A DNA stretch of 64,000 nucleotides from contig OX597821.1 in NCBI GenBank assembly GCA_951406725.2, forward strand, positions 28,396,001 to 28,460,000. The letters are read 5' to 3'. Each line of letters opens with the position of its first letter. Position 1 is the stretch's first letter. Origin of the DNA: Octopus vulgaris (Eukaryota). Of the stretch, positions 55,428 through 64,000 are shown in pieces. Position numbers and translations under genes: made by a program. The notes beneath the pieces are model-generated. The model had not been told where the DNA came from and ran no database searches. It saw only the letters and a list, made by a program, of their open reading frames with translations.

Positions 55428-55814
55428 GATGATTGCTTCATGTTGACAGACAGTAGCCGTCCAATCAACACACAGACACCACATCACAAATCACAATCAC
55501 TCTGTTGATGAGCCCTGAGATGACCTAAAACCAAACCAACTGCTGACTGACAAGGCTTAAAACAGAAGCAATGGATATTATTCATGTTTCTTCAATACCT
55601 TTGGAATCTGATTCTGAAGGAATGTTTTTATAAGCTAACATATGTTTAAAATCCAGATAGTGTCTTACAAGTTTGTGACATATGACACAACTCAGAAGAG
55701 GCGTTTGACGTTCCAGATTATTACCTACGTGAGTATTTCGATTTTCATGTGACTTCATATGATTCAAGTATCCTGCATTTCACAACGGAACAGGATCACA
55801 CATAATACATATCC

Positions 55815-56335
55815 AATATCCATTGTTGATTTCAGTTTCCATCATTCCTTTGCGACAAGCCCTTGGAAACTGACAGTGCTGAATCATCTTTTCTTCCCAG
55901 GCATTGCAACCAGTCCAAACGACACCTCTGCTCTTGTTGCGATCTAGAAAATCATTTTACCAGTCACTTTTGTTCATATTTAGTTTCTTTAGGTTCTCCT
56001 TCACACAAGTCATTATACCTTTACATCGGCTTACGTTGTAATAGTTTACCAGAGTTGAGCCCACCCTTTTACGGTTTCTATGGCAATTGCTCAACTTTCA
56101 TTTTAATAATATGCCCAATCCATGTCATTTGAGATGTTGTTCAATTGAGCGACAACGTGTCATGCGCAAAACTTCTGTATCTGGTATAAAACATTCCCAC
56201 TTGACTTGCAAGATAAGAGTGAATACTTTGGATGAAATCTCGCCAGCATTTTCATTTGACACCTATTAGTCGTCCAAGTCCCACTCGAATAAAGAAGTGC
56301 AGTCAAGACACAAGTTTTATAGACAGTGATTTGTG
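55815..56335 (-). mobile_element. RTE-clade LINE fragment (degenerate)
   Basis: ITVYKTCVLTALLYSSGTWTT...LARFH matches the RTE post-RT motif VY...VL..LLYG.E.W...L..FH. It is followed by an RMG.KDL..GE-like remnant. Confidence 0.7.
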
Positions 56336-57000
56336 TGCGGCGAGTGGGAGGTGTTATGTGAAAAATGTGAGCAAGCTGGAAGATATAGTTCACTAGGCAG
56401 TGAACTAAAGATAAAAACAGAAAGTAGCGTGTTTTTTTTCAAAAGAGACCACGCTAGTCTGCAAGAAACAGTTGAGGCATGTATGTGTATAATAACAATA
56501 CATTGCTATGTTAGAAAAGAGTATCAGTCTAGCGGAGAAAATAGGGCAAGCTTGCGCTTGAAAAGTCTCAAAGTCCGTCAGGGCAACGATAAAGAGAAGG
56601 GGGTGGGAAGAGGATCATAAACCTATCACAGCAGCAACTTAACCAGCAATGAATATATGTTTATATGAATATATACATACATATATATATATATATATAC
56701 ATATATATATTTATATGTATGTATGTATGTATATAGAAATATAGTCAGATGGCTTGAGAGGTTATTAACGACATGACTTTTGTAGGAATACAGGTGTTTC
56801 GCAAACTTCTTTCTATAGTATATATTTCAGTAAGCATCAAATTATGCGTACGTGTCTGCATTAAATATATGCATTGCATTATACCATACAATTTGATAGT
56901 CATATGTTTATATTTATATAAACATATGTTGCACATTTTCGTATATGCACGCAACCATATGTTGTATGTATGTATGTATGTATGTATGTATGTATGTATG

Positions 57001-57034
<34 letters not shown>

Positions 57035-57499
57035 CGTGTGTGTGTGTATTTATATATGTATATATATATATGTGTGTGTGTAAATAAATCATACTTTGAT
57101 ACTTTGATAGGATTCGACCAGTATTGGCCCAGGCCTTTTCTAACTTAATAGCACCACCTGGCAAAGTCCTTCAAGTTAGGAATCGGACAACACGGCCTAC
57201 TCGAGGAGAGAGTTACTGTTTAGGGAGACATATCCGGGTGGAGGGCGTTTACTCGGGATTTCTTGAAGAAATTTTTCCAAACGCAATGCTGGAATCATTT
57301 TGAAGCCATTATCATGTAATAATAATTTCATTGTGTAATAAATTGTTTGTAACAGTATGCATGCTACATATTTTATAGTATAATTCTACAATTACAAATA
57401 AATGCAGATACAGAAGTCTAGCCGTTCAGATCACCAGAACATCATTGTTACACCAATGCTTCAATTCTGTTTGCACATACAAGGTTATTCTTTATTTAT

Positions 57500-57677
57500 A
57501 GGGGTGGCTGTGTGGTAAGTAGCTTGCTTACCAAACAGATGGTTCCGCATTCAGTCCCACTGAGTGGCACCTTGGGCAAGTGTCTTCTACTATAGCCTCA
57601 TGCCGACCAAAGCCTTGTGAGTGGATTTGGCAGACGGAAATTGAAAGAAGCCCGTCATATATATGTATGTATATATA

Positions 57678-57750
<73 letters not shown>

Positions 57751-57979
57751 GTATGTGTGTGTTTGTGTGTCTCTGCTTGTCTCCCCAACATCGCTTGACA
57801 GCTGATGCTGGTGTGTTTACGTCACCGTAACTTAACGGTTCGGCAAAAGGGTCCAATAGAATAAGTACTAGGCTTACAAAGAATAAATCCTGGGGTCGAT
57901 TTGCTCAACTAAATGCGGTGGTGCAGCATGGCCACAGTCAAATGACTGAAACAAGTAAAAGAGTAAAGAGTAAAGAGTA
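57500..57979 (+). mobile_element. SINE family A
   Basis: Same head, body and tail as 13685. Expanded internal (TA)n and (AAAGAGT)n tail. Confidence 0.93.
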
Positions 57980-58701
57980 TACACTTTTCTGTTATCAAGT
58001 GGAATGCAGAATATTAGTTGAGTGATTTTCCCATCCTTAATGTAGAAAAAAACAGGAAAGAGATAGGGGCAGAGGGAGGGTAGTAGGATTCAACAAAACA
58101 ATATTTTGAAGGTGTTTAAAAATGTATATAAGCAATAAAACACAGTATTATATGTATGAATTCTGTTGGAAACAGAAGCTTTATAGTTTTGACCAACTGT
58201 TATTTCCAAATGGGACTAAAGGCCAGACGCCCTTCAAATGCATTGTTTCAATAAACTGTACTTAAGTCAACACATCTAGCTAGGGAACATATTTCTATAA
58301 GATTTAGTATGCTAAAAAAATTAAGAAATAATAAAATAAAAATATAATTACACTGCAACACTGACCCAGCTGTATATTTATACATCTATTAATATACATA
58401 CCTGCTATAGAGAAACATACATTAGTGCACTCCCAAACATATGTATGCATACATAACTAAAACACATAACATAGCTACGTGAAACATATGCATACACAAA
58501 ATAAATAATATACATATACAAATAAATGTACGACAGGAATATATATGCAAATGCATCTACAGCCTCAAATATGCATATGGACATGCATATGTCTTTATAC
58601 GACACGACTATATACACAAATTACAGGGTCACAAAACACAAACACACACAAATATATACATACGTGTATATATATATATATGTATATGTATATGTATATA
58701 T

Positions 58702-58872
58702 AGTTAATCCAAACAAGAAAGCACAAAAAACATAACAACGCGAGGACTTGGAACAAATATAGTATTATTGGACGCTCAGGAAAGAAGGAAAGAAGGAGGG
58801 TGTAACGTTTCGAGCGGAGCTCTTCGTCGGAAACATAGAAGAAGGAAAGATCCAGAGAAGGGAAGACAGAGG
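58702..58872 (-). mobile_element. Penelope-like pseudo-LTR fragment (family P2) with hammerhead-like motif
   Basis: Homologous to the 33200 and 55104 copies. Motif at 58800-58834. TA repeats on both sides. Confidence 0.7.
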
Positions 58873-58904
58873 ATATATATATATATATCTGTGTTTGTGT
58901 GTGT

Positions 58905-59283
58905 ATTATATAAAATCCGTTCTGTCTGTCTGTGTGTGTGTCTTCAAGGATCTCGGGCATCCTCCATCCGATTGCGCTCAAATTTGATATGTAGGTGCCG
59001 ACAGTATCAGGGCGTGTATAAGTCTTGAAAACATTACAAAAATCGATTCTAGGTGAGAATGTGATCGATAAAGCCGTGGGAACGTGCATTTGTACGCACA
59101 AGTACATCAGCTGTTGCGATTGATACTACGCGTACGCGAGAAAAATGCACGGTGTCTCAAATTTAGGTTAAATCAGTGTTTCTCAAAGAGGAGGCCTATG
59201 GGACAGTCGGACAAGTTGTTTTGAGAAAATTTGCCTTAAATGTTTGACTACTCAGCACCGTCCATTGGACGGGGGCCGTTTTG

Positions 59284-59288
<5 letters not shown>
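58905..59288 (+). mobile_element. Non-autonomous Helitron-like element
   Basis: 5' 'tatataaaatccgttctgtctgtctgt...ccgattgcgctcaaatttg'. A subterminal hairpin ccgtcc-att-ggacgg (59258-59272) lies about 12 nt before a degenerate CTAG-like end ('tgctcat'). Confidence 0.5.
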
Positions 59289-59336
<48 letters not shown>

Positions 59337-59339
59337 TAT

Positions 59340-59377
<38 letters not shown>

Positions 59378-59378
<1 letters not shown>

Positions 59379-59520
59379 GGATACGGTTCTTCCGGTTTTC
59401 TGGAAATTTCACTCACAAGTCTTTGGTCACCCATGGGCCTTAATAGAAAACACATTCTCAAAGACTTAAGTCGTGGGACTGAACACGAGACCATGTGGTT
59501 GGGAAGCCATACACGCGCCT
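59378..59520 (-). mobile_element. Degenerate 5' half of SINE family A
   Basis: 'actcacaagtctttggtc...tagaaaacac...gtgggactgaacacgagaccatgtggttgggaagc'. Confidence 0.7.
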
Positions 59521-59549
59521 TTGGTATATTTTATTATCTCTTGTCTAAG

Positions 59550-59680
59550 CCAACGAGCTGGCAGAGTCAACAGCACCCAGACTTTGCCTTTAATCTTTTC
59601 GGAGTCAACATAATAAGCACCCGTTGAATACTGGTTTCGATGTATTAGACTAGCAGTGCTTCCCCTTATTAGCTTGTGTG
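59550..59680 (+). mobile_element. Degenerate, internally deleted SINE family B
   Basis: 'cgagctggcagagtcaacagcac..gactttgcctttaatcttttcggagtcaa...tactggtttcgatgta'. Confidence 0.65.
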
Positions 59681-60765
59681 GAGAGAAAATGTGAAATCCT
59701 TATTACCTGTTTCTCAAAACGCTTATCTAGTTTATCAAGAGACACAGTAATTTTTATTTTATTTATACATTTAGTTTTTGGTCGCATAATTTCTGGATGT
59801 TAGGCTACCGAACGAAAATACATACAAACACACGTGATTGCATCATTTTAACCAATGTACGGATATACAGAGGGCAGTTTTAACTGTGTAATTGAATATA
59901 CATTTTCATCATATTTTCATTATGCATCGTTTTGTCTTCGACAAATAAGAAAGGTATGTTTCTACTTGTTTGCTTGCTTGTTTGTGAACTTGCATGAGTG
60001 TGCATACATGAGAGAAATACAAAAGTGCATATATTGGTTCGTTATATGCGTAGATATATCAATATGTATGTAAGTCATCTCTAGGTGCTTGACGAGACAG
60101 GTTCGTTCTACGTGCCTACAGAAAATTAATTTGCATGGATCGCAGTCTAATTGTTATTTAATGATATGTATATATCCTTGTGTATGTGTTCTGTGAGTGA
60201 GCATGAACACATACATAATGTGTATGTATATACAAACATGTAAGTATGTACATGCAGATGAATTTGTATATGAGTAAAAATATTATTTATGTGTACGCGC
60301 GTGTTTCTATAACATAATGAAGAAATTCTGGAGAACCGGCAAAGATTTATGGACGTAACACTAATTGTCAATATGCAAGAAAATTTCAGAGAGGACTTCT
60401 GTAGGAAAAAGGGCAAACTATACTCGTAATCTAATAGCTATATGTTCATGTTGCTTCACTGATTATTTAGTAGGTATTTGCAGTTAATTTCCCTTTCAGT
60501 TGAAACGTATTTAATCATCCCAATTTTATACATTATATTGTATTACCAATATTTATTAGTGGATATAAACGTACATGACACACATAAAGGCAAGCATTTA
60601 TATATGCGCGCAAACATATGTGGCGTACACGCATAGGTCATAAATAGACACATATACACAGAGACAAGGCGAGAAGATGAATTACTAGATAACGATGGAG
60701 ATATAATTACTGAGCATACATACATATATACATGAGTTCGTTTGCCTGTGTGTGTATACATACAA

Positions 60766-60834
<69 letters not shown>

Positions 60835-60839
60835 CATAT

Positions 60840-60896
<57 letters not shown>

Positions 60897-61087
60897 TAGA
60901 AGGAAAATAGGAATGAAAACATGCAATCTTTCATTAGCTCCACTGTAGTATATTTGTATACACACACATATATATATATATATAAACATATACGTATATT
61001 TATACATATATACATGCACGTTTATATGCATATATGTATGTATCTATCTATATCTATCTATCATTTTGTCTAACTATCTATCTATTG

Positions 61088-61123
<36 letters not shown>

Positions 61124-61138
61124 TTATAGGCAGGAACT

Positions 61139-61206
<68 letters not shown>

Positions 61207-61235
61207 CAGATAGATAGATAAATAGATAGATAGAG
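61139..61235. repeat. (GATA)n microsatellite
   Basis: Near-pure tagatagata run. Similar runs near 49215-49262 and 49967-50032. Confidence 0.95.
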
Positions 61236-62180
61236 ATATGATTAGTTTAGTAAAGGAAGACATTTACAGACACACGCACTCATACACAAAAAGAGTGTGC
61301 TTTTTTCAGACTTATGAACAACTTACCGATAATTTATATACATGTTCGTTTGTGCGTTAATGTGTGTATATGTATATATGTATATGTATATGTGTGTTTG
61401 TGTCTGTGTGCGTGTGTGTGTGTGTGTGTGTTTTGCGTATGTATGTATTTCTGTCTATATGTATGCATATACATTTGCGTGATACATCTATAGATAGGTT
61501 TCTGTGTAAATATTACGTATTTATTCTAGATAGCCTTTAGCAACATGTATCCGTTATTTTCACGGTAAGAAAACAGAAAATCAATTTTAAAGTTTCGTAA
61601 GTGAACTCTGGAACCATTAATAAGTAGATAAATTGGCTTCACTGAGGATTCTTTTAAACGGAGTGCTAATCATGAAATAGGCTATTACGTTTCCTTAATA
61701 ACATTGGCTTAGGTGTGGCTCTGAAATAGAGCTGAATTAGCCATTGAATCAACTTTTAATGAATTAAGTAAAATTGCACTATCTTCTGAATACACGAGAG
61801 AAAATATTCGAAGCGATAGTAAACTGTAATTGAAGAAATATTAAATAGGCAGACTGTTATAGAGAATAACCACATACTATAGATTGATCGTAAATCATAT
61901 ATTTTATATAATGCTTAGTTCATTAAAGTGGCGAACTTCAAGCCACGTTTTTGGCTGTTTGCATTATTTCATCAACACAGTGATGGGTCCACAGAAAGTA
62001 CAACAAACTCTCAAAAACCTACTGTATAATATATAGTTATTGGTAGCTAAAAGGTCATGTCGATTGTACTAGGTAGCAAGAAAACGCTTATGTAATTTCT
62101 CAGCCAACTACATCTAGTATCCACCAAGCGAGATTTCATGATGTGGTGTAGTTTTATATGTATAAGTACATGGATGTGTA

Positions 62181-62415
62181 TACTCTTTTTACTCTTTTAC
62201 TTGTTTCTGTCATTTGACTGTGGTCATGCTGGAGCACCGCCTTTAGTCGAGCAAATCGACCCCATGACTTATTCTATGGAAGCCTAGTACTTTTTCTATC
62301 GGTCTCTTTTGCCGAACCGCCAGGTTACGGTGACGTAAACACACCAGCATCAGTTTTCAAGCGACGTTGTGGGGACAAACGCAGACACACAAACATACAC
62401 ACACACACACATACA

Positions 62416-62473
<58 letters not shown>

Positions 62474-62625
62474 CGACGGGCTTCTTTCAGTTTCCGCTTA
62501 CCAAATCCACTCACAAGTCTTTGGTCGACCCGAGACTATAGAAAACAACAGTTGCCAAGGTGCCACACAGTGGGACTCAACCCGAAATCCCTTGGTTGGT
62601 AAACAAGCTATTTACCTCACACCCA
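62181..62625 (-). mobile_element. SINE family A
   Basis: Reverse-complement full-length copy. Confidence 0.92.
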
Positions 62626-62843
62626 TCAGCCAATACAACTGGTTGGGGTATGATGCTAAGATATTAATGCCAATGCCTTCCTAATCATATGATTAGAAAT
62701 TATTTTAATCATATGTAGAGAGGTAAATAGATATAGCATGCTCCACACACACACATGCACACACACGCGCGCACACACATACACACACATACATAAATAT
62801 GTATATATATAAATATGTATATATATAAACATACATAAACATA

Positions 62844-63215
62844 GGCGCAGGAGTGGCTGTGTGGTAAGTAGCTTGCTAACCAACCACATGGTTCCGGGTT
62901 CAGTCCCACTGCGTGGCATCTTGGGCAAGTGTCTTCTGCTATAGCCCCGGGTCCACCAATACCTTGTGAGTGGATTTGGTAGACGGAAACTGAAAGGAGC
63001 CTGTCGTATATATGTATATATGTATGTGTGTGTGTGTTTGTGTGTCTGTGTTTGTCCACCTAGCGTGTGTCACCTAGCGGTTCGGCAAAAGAGTCCGATA
63101 GAATAAGTACTGGGCTTACAAAGAATAAGTCCTGGGGTCGATTTGCTCGACTAAAGGCGGTGCTTCAGCATGGTCGCAGTCAAATGACTGAAATAAGTAA
63201 AAGAGTAAAAGAGTA
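62844..63215 (+). mobile_element. SINE family A with complete 5' end and internal deletion
   Basis: Starts ggcgcaggagtggctgtgtggtaag. Lacks the 'attgcttgacaaccgatgctg...' segment near 63065. Confidence 0.92.
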
Positions 63216-63634
63216 TACATATTTATCCCTCTCTCCCCCTTCCCAATATATATATATATATACACACACACACATGCATATCTACTTACACACATACACA
63301 TATACATGTATAATACACTTAAAGTAAAAATTTACCTTGGTATTTCCCCGAATATATCACTTATGGACATACCGTGTTGAAAACGCAATAGTTATTATCC
63401 CAGCCACGCCTTCTACAAATGCTATATGCCTTTTAGCCTTGTTTGTCGTCACTGTCACACATGAAAGTTGTAAGTGACTAAAATATGCATTCAAAATGTC
63501 ACAGTTTAGAATCGTTTTGATAGAAAGATTTGGAAAACAACTTAATATGACAAAACTTTCCAATAATCTTTACTTCGACACCGAACGATATATATGTCTG
63601 TGTGTATGTATATATATGTATATGTATATATACT

Positions 63635-63701
<67 letters not shown>

Positions 63702-63785
63702 GTGTGTGTAAATGTATGAAAACTGATATGTATTTCATAACGTAAATACATACATTATATATATATATATATATATTTATATATA

Positions 63786-64000
63786 GAAGGAGCTTTACAG
63801 GACTAGTACTGTTTCATTCAAGAGAAATCTTCAGGAAGCTATTTAACAAGAATTGTATTAGCATTTATACATTTAGGCAGGTTTAAAGGAGTGGTGGTGG
63901 GGGACTTTTGGGGGTAGGCATAGCGCAAAATATCATACTTGGGGGAGTGGTCAAGGAGTCAGTGGTAAGTTAGATGAAAGAATAGATAAATAAAAAAATA
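63786..64000 (-). mobile_element. Probable Penelope-like 3' end with hammerhead motif (runs off the window)
   Basis: A C-rich minus-strand tail leads to agcttc-CTGAAGA-tttc tctt gaat-GAAA-cagtactag-TC-ctgtaaagct (63791-63840), ending at (TA)n. Confidence 0.55.

Overview
This is AT-rich, microsatellite-dense eukaryotic DNA that looks intronic or intergenic. The SINE families and repeat landscape look like a coleoid cephalopod, most likely Octopus; that assignment is from recall, not a database search. I found no intact protein-coding gene, and nearly all ORF-track entries are translations of (TA)n, (CA)n, (TAA)n or (GAT)n repeats. The window contains: (1) about ten stacked fragments of restriction-like-endonuclease non-LTR retrotransposons (R4/Dong-like), mostly abutting (TAA)n in a fixed strand orientation; (2) Penelope-like elements, including a head-to-head RT/GIY-YIG pair and several 3' or pseudo-LTR ends next to (TA)n tracts that carry minimal hammerhead-ribozyme-like motifs; (3) RTE LINE 3' fragments; (4) three or four tRNA-like SINE families, including a triplicated copy with target-site duplication and closely spaced inverted pairs; (5) a Helitron-like non-autonomous element and very old mariner/LINE relics. 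Weak host-gene hints are a 27-nt candidate microexon at 7107-7133 and an Asp-rich ORF at 18589-19074. Coordinates of degenerate elements are approximate.
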